From NCBI GenBank assembly GCA_963767925.1, contig CAVYGB010000001.1:352001-416000 (forward strand): a DNA stretch of 64,000 nt. Direction: 5' to 3'. A model generated the notes under the pieces. That model had not been told where the DNA came from. It did not search any database and saw nothing but the letters and a program-made list of their open reading frames with translations. The stretch is from an uncultured delta proteobacterium (GTDB lineage: Bacteria; Myxococcota_A; Polyangia; Fen-1088). Below, piece by piece: positions 1-9,074 of the stretch; the first letter of the stretch is position 1; the number at the start of each line of letters is the position of its first letter. Position numbers and translations under genes: made by a program.

Positions 1-748
1 CCTCGCGCAGCAGGGCCATGACCTCGAGGTGGTTTCGGATGAAGCCCAGCTCGACGTCGAGGCTCACGTATTCGTTGATGTGGCGGGTTGTGTCGTGGGG
101 CTCGGCCCGGAAGACCGGAGCCACCTCGTACACCCGCTCGAACACCCCCACCATGATCTGCTTGTAGAACTGGGGGCTCTGCGCGAGGTAGGCGGTACGC
201 CCGAAGTAGTCGACGGCGAACACGTTGGCCCCTCCTTCGGTGGCCGAGGCGACGAGCTTGGGGGTCTGGATCTCGGTGAAGCCGGCCTCGTCGAGCGTGG
301 CCCGGAAGCCGGCCATCGCCCCGGCGCCCAGCCGCAGCAGCGCGCGCCGGGAAGGGTGGCGGTTGGCCACGACGGCGTGGTCGAGCAACACGGGCAGGCT
401 CGCGCGCAGCTCACGCTTGTGCAGCGCCAGCGGCGGCAGCTCGGTGGCGAGCGAGAGGACCTCGATCTTCAGGTCGTGCAGCTCGGCGCCGCCGGGCGCC
501 TGGGGGGCGGCCAGCAGCCGGCCCTCGACCTGGATCACCGTCTCCAGCGCGGCGCCGGCTTCGATCAGGACGTGCACCTCGGCTTCCGACTCGGCGACGG
601 CCTGCACGAGGCCGCTGCCATCGCGCACCACCAGGAAGTTGAGGGCGCCCATGCGCCGCCAGGAATGCAGCCAGCCTTGTACGCACACGCGCTGGCCAGC
701 GTGCGTTTGCACCAGCGCGTACACCTCGGCCAACCGGACCCGTTCCAT
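1..748 (-). CDS. aspS: aspartate--tRNA(Asn) ligase (non-discriminating AspRS), 5' part; runs off the window
   Basis: Translated by hand from ATG 748 (GGAGG RBS 6 nt upstream): MERVRLAEVY...VQGWLHSWRRMGALNFLVVRDGSG (OB fold)...FTEIQTPKLVASATEGGANVFAVDYFGRTAYLAQSPQFYKQIMVGVFERVYEVAPVFRAEPHDTTRHINEYVSLDVE. These are class IIb motifs 1 and 2 of the short archaeal-type AspRS. Not in the ORF track because the stop lies outside the window. Confidence 0.92.
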   Translation of the reverse strand, partial: MERVRLAEVYALVQTHAGQRVCVQGWLHSWRRMGALNFLVVRDGSGLVQAVAESEAEVHVLIEAGAALETVIQVEGRLLAAPQAPGGAELHDLKIEVLSLATELPPLALHKRELRASLPVLLDHAVVANRHPSRRALLRLGAGAMAGFRATLDEAGFTEIQTPKLVASATEGGANVFAVDYFGRTAYLAQSPQFYKQIMVGVFERVYEVAPVFRAEPHDTTRHINEYVSLDVELGFIRNHLEVMALLRE

Positions 749-763
749 CGAGAGCCTCCAGAA

Positions 764-827
764 CAGCGGGTCTGCCGTGGACGCGAGAAGACGCGCCGGC
801 AGACCCGCTGGTCAGGCGCGCTTCTCG
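764..827 (-). promoter_or_regulatory. attenuator-like alternative RNA helices in the aspS leader
   Basis: Perfect 14-bp inverted repeat CAGCGGGTCTGCCG/CGGCAGACCCGCTG (810-797 / 777-764). Competing helix: CGAGAAG-CGCGCC (827-815) pairs with GGCGCG-T-CTTCTCG (797-784). Confidence 0.7.
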
Positions 828-850
828 AGATCGTCGTCGTCGTCAGGCAT
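812..850 (-). CDS. putative Asp-rich leader peptide MPDDDDDLEKRA
   Basis: ATG CCT GAC GAC GAC GAC GAT CTC GAG AAG CGC GCC TGA; GGAG lies 7 nt upstream of the ATG; the ORF ends 63 nt before the aspS start. Confidence 0.8.
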   Translation of the reverse strand: MPDDDDDLEKRA

Positions 851-978
851 GTGTGTGCTCCGGCGAGAATTCAGAATAGCGCAGCCGCGGGAACGCGCGA
901 CTGTTTTTGAGGACGGATCCGGCCCGGCCGCGTGGGAAAAAGCAACAACTCGGCCGGCGCATCGTAATCATTGGGGTG

Positions 979-2151
979 ATGACAAGCGCTTCGCTGATGC
1001 GGCTGGTTACGGTATGTGCGCTCGGCTCCGGGCTGATCGCGCAGAGGGCACAGGCCCAGGAGAGCGCCGGCGCCGGAGCGGGCGCCGCGCTGAAGCCGGA
1101 GAGCGACCTCATGAAGCGCATCGACAAGGCCGTCGTGGGCGGCGGCTTCGAGATGGAAGGCTACTGGATCTGGTGTCCCACGGTGACCAAGGGGGACGAC
1201 GGCCTCTTCCACATGTTCGCCTCGCGCTGGCCCAAGCGGTTGCCGTTCCACCCGGGCTGGATGGTGGCCTCCGAGGTGGTTCACGCCACCAGCAAGACCG
1301 CGGAGGGGCCCTACCGGTTCAGCGAGGTGGCGCTGCCCGCGCGCGGGCCCCAGTACTGGGACGGGCGCTCGACCCACAACCCCAAGATCGTGCGCCACGG
1401 CGCCACCTGGGTGCTCTTCTACATGGGCTCGACCCACCCCTTCGACGAACCGAAGCCGGAGCAGCTCACGCTCGATTCGCACTTCACCACGCTGGCCCGG
1501 GCCAGCAAGCGGGTCGGGGTGGCGACCGCCCGGAGCCCCTTCGGCCCCTGGACCCGCAAGGACGTGCCGGCGCTGACCACCAGGCCGGGGACTTACTACA
1601 GCTTCCTCACCTCCAACCCGGCGCCCTGGATCGAGAAGGACGGCAGCGTGGTGATGGTGTTCAAGTCGCGCGCCTACAAGGACAAGTACCCCTTCCAGAC
1701 GCCGATGAACCTCGGGGTGGCGCGCGCGCCCCACTTCGACAAGCCGTTTTCGGTGGTGACCGAAAAGCCCATCTTCGGCGTCGGCCACGGGGGTGAGGTC
1801 GAGGACCCGTACATCTGGAAGGACGGGCAGGGCTTCCACATGATCGCCAAGGACCAGCGGGGCGACGTCACTGGCGAGCGCCACGGCGGCCTCCTGGCGC
1901 ACTCTCCCGACGGCGTGGCCTGGAAGGTGGACCCGGCCCCCCGGGCTTACAGCAAGACGCTCACCTTCACCGACGGCAAGGTCCAGGTGATGGGTCAGCT
2001 CGAGCGCGCCTCGGTGCTGGTGCAGGACGGGGTTGTGACCCACATGTTCTTCGCGGCGATGGACGGCTCGGGCGGCTTCCAGAACGGGACCCGCACCTGG
2101 GCCCAGGTGGTGCGCCTCAAGCCCCAGCGCCCGACCGCCGCCGCCCGCTGA
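979..2151 (+). CDS. secreted five-bladed beta-propeller glycoside hydrolase (GH43/32/117-like)
   Basis: Signal peptide; YWIWCPTV, FHMFASRW, STHNPKI, SNPAP and EVEDPYIW motifs. Confidence 0.75.
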   Translation: MTSASLMRLVTVCALGSGLIAQRAQAQESAGAGAGAALKPESDLMKRIDKAVVGGGFEMEGYWIWCPTVTKGDDGLFHMFASRWPKRLPFHPGWMVASEVVHATSKTAEGPYRFSEVALPARGPQYWDGRSTHNPKIVRHGATWVLFYMGSTHPFDEPKPEQLTLDSHFTTLARASKRVGVATARSPFGPWTRKDVPALTTRPGTYYSFLTSNPAPWIEKDGSVVMVFKSRAYKDKYPFQTPMNLGVARAPHFDKPFSVVTEKPIFGVGHGGEVEDPYIWKDGQGFHMIAKDQRGDVTGERHGGLLAHSPDGVAWKVDPAPRAYSKTLTFTDGKVQVMGQLERASVLVQDGVVTHMFFAAMDGSGGFQNGTRTWAQVVRLKPQRPTAAAR

Positions 2152-2352
2152 CGCCCTCGGGTTGACCCGGGTCGGGCGGGCACGGATCCTCGTCGGGAAG
2201 GACGGGGCGGGGATCGGGCGCGGTTGCTCCCCGGGGCGGTGGACGCCGGCTTCTCAGCGGTCATCCTTCGAGCGAGCATCCCCCACGGGTTCGGCGGGAG
2301 TCTTGCTCCCCGTTGTCCGGGCGAGGAATTTTCGGTCAAGCCGTTCGGTGCG

Positions 2353-3186
2353 CTACGCGGCCTTGCGGGTGGCGGCCTGCTCGGATTCGGCGACTTCGCG
2401 CAGGAACTTCAGGAGGCCGAGCTTGCGGGCGAGCCAGAGGGCCAGACGGGGGGACAGCACCCGGATCAGCAGCAGCGGGGTGGGGGGCTTGCCGCTGACG
2501 AGGATCTCGGGCGCGCGGGTGGCGAGGGCGCGCAGGACGCCAGCGGCGACGGCCTGGGGGGTCACCTCGCCGACGGCGCCGGGGGCCGGGCGGCCCTTGC
2601 GGGCGAACATCCCCGCGTCGCGCACGAAGCCCGGGCAGACCGTCGAGATCGCCACCCCGCTGCCGTCTAGCTCGCCGGTCAGCGAGGCCCCGAAGCCCAC
2701 CAGCGCCGCCTTCGTCGCCGAGTAGACGCTGGCGAACGGCATCCCGAGGACACCCGCCATGGAGGCGATGTTGACGATGTGGCCGCGGCCGGCCGCGAGC
2801 ATGTCGGGCAAGACCAGACGCGCGAGGTGCAGCGGAGCGGTCACGTTGGTGGCCACCAGCCCGTCGATGCTGGCCGGGTCCTGCTCGTGGAAGGGGGCCA
2901 CCACCTCGAGACCGGCGTTGTTGATCAGCACGTCGAGGGCGCCGAACCGCTCGCGCGTGCGGGCCACCAGCGCGCGCCGCGAGCCCTCGTCGGTGACGTC
3001 GGTGGCGACGACCTCCACCTCGGCGCCGCCTGCGCGCAGCTCGGCGGCCACCGCTTCGAGCTTGTCGCGCGAGCGCGCCGCCAGCACCAGGCGCGCGCCC
3101 TGCCCGGCGAGCGCGCGGGCGATGAAGGGACCGAGCCCCTGCGAGGCGCCGGTGAGCACCACCACCTGACCGTTCAGCCTGGACAT
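2353..3186 (-). CDS. SDR family NAD(P)-dependent oxidoreductase
   Basis: TGASQGLG, NNAG, catalytic YSATK. Confidence 0.92.
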   Translation of the reverse strand: MSRLNGQVVVLTGASQGLGPFIARALAGQGARLVLAARSRDKLEAVAAELRAGGAEVEVVATDVTDEGSRRALVARTRERFGALDVLINNAGLEVVAPFHEQDPASIDGLVATNVTAPLHLARLVLPDMLAAGRGHIVNIASMAGVLGMPFASVYSATKAALVGFGASLTGELDGSGVAISTVCPGFVRDAGMFARKGRPAPGAVGEVTPQAVAAGVLRALATRAPEILVSGKPPTPLLLIRVLSPRLALWLARKLGLLKFLREVAESEQAATRKAA

Positions 3187-3479
3187 CGCCGCAGTCTAGC
3201 CCGCTGCGGCCGATCGACCTACGCGCCGTGTTCACTCCCGGCTTGGGGCGAGGGCGAGCGGAAAACGTGTCCACGAAGGGCGAGGTCACGAACAGGGCCC
3301 CTTCGCGGGCGCGACCACTCGTCGGGCGCCGACCGGGCGCGGGTGGGCCGCGCGGGTCCCGCGCTCGGGTCCTGACGGAGCGCGCGAACGTTTTTCCTCG
3401 GGCTTTTCCGGGGAGGTGGATTGGTCTAGTGTGCCCCCGGGGCCGGCCCCATTTTCGGGCTCCCCGGTGGAGGATTCAG

Positions 3480-4745
3480 ATGCGACCAGTTGCACCGGTA
3501 TTCGCTTCGTCTGTCCTGGCCGTCGCGGCCTTTGTCTGTTTGGGGGGGTGCTCCTCCGAGGCGGAGCCGGGGCCGGGTGGCACGGCTGGCACCGGCGGCG
3601 CGGGGGGCTCGGCCGGCTCGGCCGGGGGCTCCGGCGGCGCTACCCCACCGAGCGGCGGCGCACCTGCGCCAACTGCGGGAGCGGCCGGGGGCGCGCCGAG
3701 CCCGGGCAGCGGCGGCTCGGGCGGGGGCAGCGCCGGCAGCGGCGGGGGCAGCGCCGGCAGCACCGGCAGGGATGGCTCGTCGTCGGGGTCGCGGGCGGAC
3801 GCAGGTGCGCGGGATGCCAGCGGCGGCGGCGCTGCCGACGGACCGGTGGCGGTGCCGGCCGAGGGGTGGATGGGATACAAGGGCGTGGCGGACCTGTCGG
3901 TCGTCGACAGGACCGCGGGCTGTGGCAAGCCGGCGGGCATCGGGCTCAACACCTTCGTGCAGTTCGAGACCAGGGTGGCCATCCCGATGAACCACAACGG
4001 GCCGGGTGGCGACGGGACGCGCCGGTACTTCGTCAAGCTGCCGCCGAGCTACGATCCCGCGAAGGTCTACAAGCTCGTGGTCAGCCCCTCTGCCTGTGTG
4101 AACCAGGCGACGCGCCCCGCGGGCATCGACTATTCGGGGGCGACAAACCCGTCGGGCGGGGTCATCCAGATCACCCCGATCGTCGAGCCGGGCGTCCTGC
4201 AGTTCGGCGACTACATCTGCTACGACGACCACGACACGAACTCGATCGAATACCCCCTGCTCGAGACGATGCTGAAGGAGGTCGGGGACAAGTTCTGCTA
4301 CGACCGGAACAAGGTCTTCGTCCAGGGGCACAGCAGCGGCGGCTGGTACGCCAACATGGTCGGGTGCGTGTACGGCAGCACGCTGGTCCGGGCGGTCACC
4401 TCCAACGGCGGCGGCCTGGCGAACAAGGCCGGCGAAGCGCCCCCCTGCAAGGAGACGCCGACCGCCGGGATGTGGATCCACCCCACCGGTGACGACGAGG
4501 AGCCGGACGCGACGAAGCGCGCGATCGACCGGGCCCTCAAGCTGAACAAGTGCGAGGGCGGCGGCGCCGCCGGGGCCTGGCAATCGGCCCCCACCGAGCC
4601 CTACACCCTGGGCGGCGCGCGCAACTGCCGGAAGTACAAGTGCCCGGCCGCCTTCCCGGTCGTCTTCTGCGAGCCCCCCGGCGGCCACGCCCCCATCTCC
4701 TGGCACCCGGCCGCGGCCTGGGCGCTGTTCGACGCGCTCCCCTGA
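3480..4745 (+). CDS. lipoprotein alpha/beta-hydrolase (feruloyl esterase/PHB depolymerase-like)
   Basis: Lipobox LGGC, Gly/Ser/Ala linker, GHSSGG nucleophile elbow, C-terminal GGH. Confidence 0.75.
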   Translation: MRPVAPVFASSVLAVAAFVCLGGCSSEAEPGPGGTAGTGGAGGSAGSAGGSGGATPPSGGAPAPTAGAAGGAPSPGSGGSGGGSAGSGGGSAGSTGRDGSSSGSRADAGARDASGGGAADGPVAVPAEGWMGYKGVADLSVVDRTAGCGKPAGIGLNTFVQFETRVAIPMNHNGPGGDGTRRYFVKLPPSYDPAKVYKLVVSPSACVNQATRPAGIDYSGATNPSGGVIQITPIVEPGVLQFGDYICYDDHDTNSIEYPLLETMLKEVGDKFCYDRNKVFVQGHSSGGWYANMVGCVYGSTLVRAVTSNGGGLANKAGEAPPCKETPTAGMWIHPTGDDEEPDATKRAIDRALKLNKCEGGGAAGAWQSAPTEPYTLGGARNCRKYKCPAAFPVVFCEPPGGHAPISWHPAAAWALFDALP

Positions 4746-4909
4746 CGCGCGCGCGAAGCCAGGCATCCTCGACTGCGACGGCGGCCGTCCTGCTGCACCC
4801 GGGCAGGACCGGCCGCCGTTTCGTTTCCACGCGCGCCCCGCTTCTGCGAGAACGCGGGCGCCAGCGGCAGGTAATCCAATGGTTTTCCGGGCTGGCCCGA
4901 ATATCAGGC

Positions 4910-6514
4910 ATGCGCCTCCGCCTGTCGCCGATCGCCGCTTCCGCATTCGTGTTCCTGGCTGCCGCGTGCAGCCCCGACCCCGGAGCGCCGATCGACCCGG
5001 GACCCGGCGCCGCCGCCCCGCCCACGCAGCCCGGACGGCCGGCTCCGACGCCCCCCGCGCCGTCCCCGGGCGACCCGCCCGAGCCGGGACCTTCCGGCCC
5101 TCCCCCGGGCGTCGCGCCGCCGGCACCCGACCCCGGCCCGCCGCCTCCCAGCACGACGCTGCCTCCCGGCCCGCCTCCGTCCGGCGCGCCGACCGACCCG
5201 CCCCCGGCTGCCCCGCCTTCCAACCTGGCGGCGACGCCCCCCGACGAGCCGTTGCCGCCTTGCAAGCGCACCGTCCAGGTCGGCGGCGGCGGCCTCGGCG
5301 GCGCGATCGCCGCGGCCGCGCCCGGTGACTGTCTGATCGTCGCCGACGGCAACCACAGCGCGCCGACCATCACCGCCAAGGGGACCGCCGAGGCGCCCAT
5401 CGTCATCCGCGCCGCCAACCGGCTGCAGGCGGTGTTCAACGCCGGCAGCCTGCAATTCTCGGGCTCCGCGTACGTCGTCGTCGAGGGGTTCCGCTTCAGC
5501 GGGGGCGGCGGCATCCGCTTCGACAACAGCCGGAGCTGCCGGCTGAGCCGCTCGCGCGTCACCCTCGGCGGCGGCCACTGGATCGTCGTGGACGGCAACA
5601 GCGAGGGCAATCGCATCGACCGCAACGAGCTCGGGCCCAAGAACAGCGACGGCAACATGATCGGACCCACCGGGCAGTCGACGAAGACCCGCATCGACAG
5701 GAACTACCTCCACGACGTCAGCCCCGGCGGCAACGGCCGCGAGACCTTGCGGCTGGGCTGCTGCGGGGCCCAGGCCGACGCCCACGACACCTTCAACGTC
5801 GTCGAGCACAACCTGCTGGTCAACTGCAGCGGCGAGGCCGAGATCATCACCGTCAAGAGCTCGAGCAACACCATCCGCTACAACACCTTCCGCAACTCGC
5901 GCGGCAACGTCACCCTGCGCGCGGGCAAGCGCGGGACGATTCACGGCAACTTCATGTTCGGCAACGGGATCCGCCTCTACGACGAGGACCACAAGGTGTT
6001 CAACAACTACGTCGAGGGCTCGCCCGGCCCGGCGATCATCGTCGGCAGCGGCCAGCCGCCCACCAACGCCCAGACCCGGCGGGCCTTCATCGTGCACAAC
6101 ACCCTGATCGGCACGGGCGCCCTGTTCGGGCACGGGCGCCGGCCGCTCGGCGATCTCGACACGACCTTCGCCAACAACATCATCCAGGCGCCCGGCGCCG
6201 CCATCAGCTACGCCACCCCCTCGCTGAGCCCGAAGTACCTGGGCAACATCGTGTTCGGCGGTCCCGTCGGGGTGGAGGCCGGTCCCGAGGCCTTCCGCGT
6301 GATCGACCCGCAGCTCGCGATGGGCGCCGGCGCCCTCGCCCCCGGTGCCGGCAGCCCGGCCCTCGACGCCGCCAGCGTGACCTTCCCCTTCGTCACCGAC
6401 GACGTCCACGGCCAGCCCCGCGCCCAGCCCGACGTCGGCGCCGACGAGCTCTCCTCCGCGCCCGGCTCCAGCCGCCCCCTCACCCCCGCCGACGTGGGCC
6501 CCGACGCCCCCTGA
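4910..6514 (+). CDS. polysaccharide lyase family 6-like beta-helix lipoprotein (chondroitinase B/alginate lyase fold)
   Basis: Lipobox AAAC, Pro-rich linker, NGRETLRLG, GEAEIITVKSSSNTIRYNTF and LRAG motifs. Confidence 0.8.
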   Translation: MRLRLSPIAASAFVFLAAACSPDPGAPIDPGPGAAAPPTQPGRPAPTPPAPSPGDPPEPGPSGPPPGVAPPAPDPGPPPPSTTLPPGPPPSGAPTDPPPAAPPSNLAATPPDEPLPPCKRTVQVGGGGLGGAIAAAAPGDCLIVADGNHSAPTITAKGTAEAPIVIRAANRLQAVFNAGSLQFSGSAYVVVEGFRFSGGGGIRFDNSRSCRLSRSRVTLGGGHWIVVDGNSEGNRIDRNELGPKNSDGNMIGPTGQSTKTRIDRNYLHDVSPGGNGRETLRLGCCGAQADAHDTFNVVEHNLLVNCSGEAEIITVKSSSNTIRYNTFRNSRGNVTLRAGKRGTIHGNFMFGNGIRLYDEDHKVFNNYVEGSPGPAIIVGSGQPPTNAQTRRAFIVHNTLIGTGALFGHGRRPLGDLDTTFANNIIQAPGAAISYATPSLSPKYLGNIVFGGPVGVEAGPEAFRVIDPQLAMGAGALAPGAGSPALDAASVTFPFVTDDVHGQPRAQPDVGADELSSAPGSSRPLTPADVGPDAP

Positions 6515-6642
6515 TCGGCGGCCGGCCCGGGATCGCGGCGTCGAGGGGGCCGCCGCGCGCGCCCGGGTGGGGCGACCGGCTACTCACCGCCCCTCGGCCC
6601 GCCGGGCCATGTGCTCGTGGGTCCCGGCGGGGCGACCGACTT

Positions 6643-7068
6643 TCACGACCCCTCGGCCCGCCGAGCAGCGTGCTCGCGGAGCAAGGCCGCCGTCTCGGTG
6701 TGGCCCTTCTCCTCGGCGATGTCCAGGGCGGAGCGGCCGTCACCCGCCAGGCGGGCCGGATCGGCCCCGCCGTCGAGCAGCCGCCGCGCGAGGTGGGTCC
6801 GGCCCAGGTACGCCGACCAGTAGAGCGACGTCGACCAGGGCACGTGCCACTGATCGATCGCCCGGTCGACCGAGCCCGGATCTTCGGCCAGCCGCGCCTC
6901 GACGTGCTCGGGCAGGTCGAAGCAGACGGCGTCGTCCAGGTCGACCGGGCAGTGGGCCCGCATCCACGCCGCCGGCCGCAGCCCGGCCCGGTGCGCCCCC
7001 CGCAGCTCCCTGGCTTGCCGCCTGAGCTGCTCGAGATCAGGTCGCTCGGGAAGAGCACGAAGCGCCAT
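6643..7068 (-). CDS. ankyrin repeat protein
   Basis: N-terminal LPERPDLEQLRRQAREL; ankyrin-like SLYWSAYLG...LLDGGADP and SALDIAEEKGH. Confidence 0.6.
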   Translation of the reverse strand: MALRALPERPDLEQLRRQARELRGAHRAGLRPAAWMRAHCPVDLDDAVCFDLPEHVEARLAEDPGSVDRAIDQWHVPWSTSLYWSAYLGRTHLARRLLDGGADPARLAGDGRSALDIAEEKGHTETAALLREHAARRAEGS

Positions 7069-7116
7069 GTGCCGCTCCTTTCACAGCACCTGCCGTCCGC
7101 AAGCTCGGGCCAACGT

Positions 7117-7740
7117 TCAGCTCGTCGCAGCGGGGTGCCCGAGGGCCTGTCGCTCTTCCGGGCGGAGGATGCGGGGTTCGACGCGTGGGGTACGGGTCTT
7201 GTCGTCGAAGAACGGTGAGGGGGCACCGGCGCCTGTGAGCCACCATTTTCCGAGCAGCCTCACGGTCCGTCCGATGACTCTCGGCAGGGAGGAGCGCGGG
7301 CCGGCGGACGGAGCTGGCCCGGTGGCCGACTTCGTCTGAACGTGGGCGAGGGGAGCGCCCAGCACCTCGTCGCGGGCCCGGCCGTCGCGGCCATGGTCCA
7401 TGAACGTGTGCACCAGTCCGATGAAGGGGATGCGGGGGCCGAGGGTATTTCCGAGGGGCGTCCGGCACGACCCGCAGTACCAGCGGTACATGCCCTTGTC
7501 CGAGAGGCGCACGCAGCTCAGCGCGCCCAGGCCGCTGGTGATGCGCACCTTCGCCGGCGCCATCTGGAAGACGTCGGTGCCTCCCCGATCGTTGGTGATC
7601 CCGGGCCGCGCGAGGAAGCGGGCATAAGCCTGGCAGTCCTTGCAGTAGCAAACCACACGACACCCGGCGCGGGGATGGACGTCGAGGGCAGCACCTTCGA
7701 GCGCGCCACAGGTGCACCGGAGCGGGATCTCGGTCGGCAT
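7117..7740 (-). CDS. DUF6151/GFA-like Zn-binding protein
   Basis: LRCTCG, CYCKDCQ, RWYCGSCRTPLGNT. Confidence 0.75.
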   Translation of the reverse strand: MPTEIPLRCTCGALEGAALDVHPRAGCRVVCYCKDCQAYARFLARPGITNDRGGTDVFQMAPAKVRITSGLGALSCVRLSDKGMYRWYCGSCRTPLGNTLGPRIPFIGLVHTFMDHGRDGRARDEVLGAPLAHVQTKSATGPAPSAGPRSSLPRVIGRTVRLLGKWWLTGAGAPSPFFDDKTRTPRVEPRILRPEERQALGHPAATS

Positions 7741-7843
7741 CGCGCGAAGCTACCACGGTCCCGAACCCTGCGGCCGTGGGGGGCCTCGCCAGGTCGAGCT
7801 CCACCGACTTCGGCGCTGCCGGCCTCGGCGCTGCCGGCCTCGG

Positions 7844-8317
7844 TCACACGCCGCAATCGATGGGGGGGTCTGGATATTCGCCGCGGATGATCGAAGGCAA
7901 GAGGATGGCCAGGCGGCGGGGCGCGAACTCTTCGCTCGATTGCTCGATCTCGGCGAGTCGCCACCAGCGGTGGCCGACGACGTAGGAGTCGCCCAGGACC
8001 GGGTCGAGGAACGGCTCTTTCGCCCGGGCGATGAAGAAGCGCTCGTACTGGTCGTGGCGCCGTCCTCGCCAATCGAAGACGTGTCGCCGCGTCCAGACCC
8101 ACCGCTCGATCGGAAGCACCAGCCCGGTCTCTTCAAAGAGCTCCCGCTGCGCGGCCGCCTCGAAGCTCTCGCCCGCCTTCAGGCCCCCGCCGGGCGCCAC
8201 CCACCAGCGATGCCCGCCAGGCCCGTCCTGCGCTTCGAGCAGGAGGAGCCGACTCTCCTCGTCGAACAGGAGGACCCGGGCAGCAGCTCGCGCTCCCTCT
8301 GGAATGGGGAATTCCAT
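7844..8317 (-). CDS. NUDIX hydrolase
   Basis: Nudix box PGGGLKAGESFEAAAQRELFEETG. Confidence 0.9.
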   Translation of the reverse strand: MEFPIPEGARAAARVLLFDEESRLLLLEAQDGPGGHRWWVAPGGGLKAGESFEAAAQRELFEETGLVLPIERWVWTRRHVFDWRGRRHDQYERFFIARAKEPFLDPVLGDSYVVGHRWWRLAEIEQSSEEFAPRRLAILLPSIIRGEYPDPPIDCGV

Positions 8318-8340
8318 GATGGCTCGGGTCGATCTGACGA

Positions 8341-8975
8341 CTACCGTTGCTGCCGAGGTAGAGGCTCTTCGATGAACTCGACGGCGACACGCGTGTCGCC
8401 GTTCACCGTGAACGTACAGTTGAGGACCCTGCCACTGCAGACTCCGCTCCACCCAGCGAAGATCGAACCGGCTATCGGCATGGCCAGCAGGCTCACGCGC
8501 GTGCCCGTCAACACGTCGACCTGGCAGTTGCTCAGGCAGCGGAGGGGGGTGTCGGTGGCGGCAACCACGCCCATGCCGGTGCCCAGGAACTCGATGCGCA
8601 TCACCACCCTGACGACCGGGGCGCCGCCGTCAGGAGAGGGCGAACCGGCGCTGCCATCGGACGCTGGGGAGGCGCGGACTCGCCGCCGTCGCGACCGATG
8701 AGGTCCGGAAGACTCCCGTCGAGCGCCTGAGAGGCGACGTCGGGGCGCGACTCCGGCCCGCCGCCGTCACGGCCCGGGACACTCCCGTCGAGCTCGCGCA
8801 GCGAAGCCGGTCGGAAGCATCGACCCCGCGCGAGCACGAACCCGTCGGGACACTCTCCGCTGGTCGCTGCCAGGAATCCATCTACGGCAACGTCGGAACA
8901 ACCGGGCGCCGAGGCTGCCACGGCCAGCACCGCGCCCGCCACCCGCGCAATCTGAAAGGAAGAGCGTTGGATCAT
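8341..8975 (-). pseudogene. lipoprotein with C-terminal InlB B-repeat-like domain, frameshifted near 8670
   Basis: MIQRSS...APGC lipobox in one frame; ...SPSPDGGAPVVRVVMRIEFLGTG...FAGWSGVCSG...CTFTVNGDTRVAVEF in another; a single indel joins them. Confidence 0.55.
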
Positions 8976-9074
8976 GGTGAGCGCCGCGGACCCGAGAGTA
9001 GCCCTCCTCGCCCGGCGTGTCAGGTCGAAATGCCGCTGCCAGCGGCGGATCACGGCCCGCGTGGGCGACGGCCT

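Noticed and set aside
764..810. aspS leader stem as an intrinsic terminator or T-box
   Set aside because: No U-tract follows the stem, and the leader is too short and lacks T-box motifs
29..910. 293-aa plus-strand ORF in the track
   Set aside because: It is the antisense shadow of aspS; the real gene is on the minus strand
7811..7843. 15-bp tandem duplication
   Set aside because: Two copies of GC-rich sequence, consistent with simple slippage
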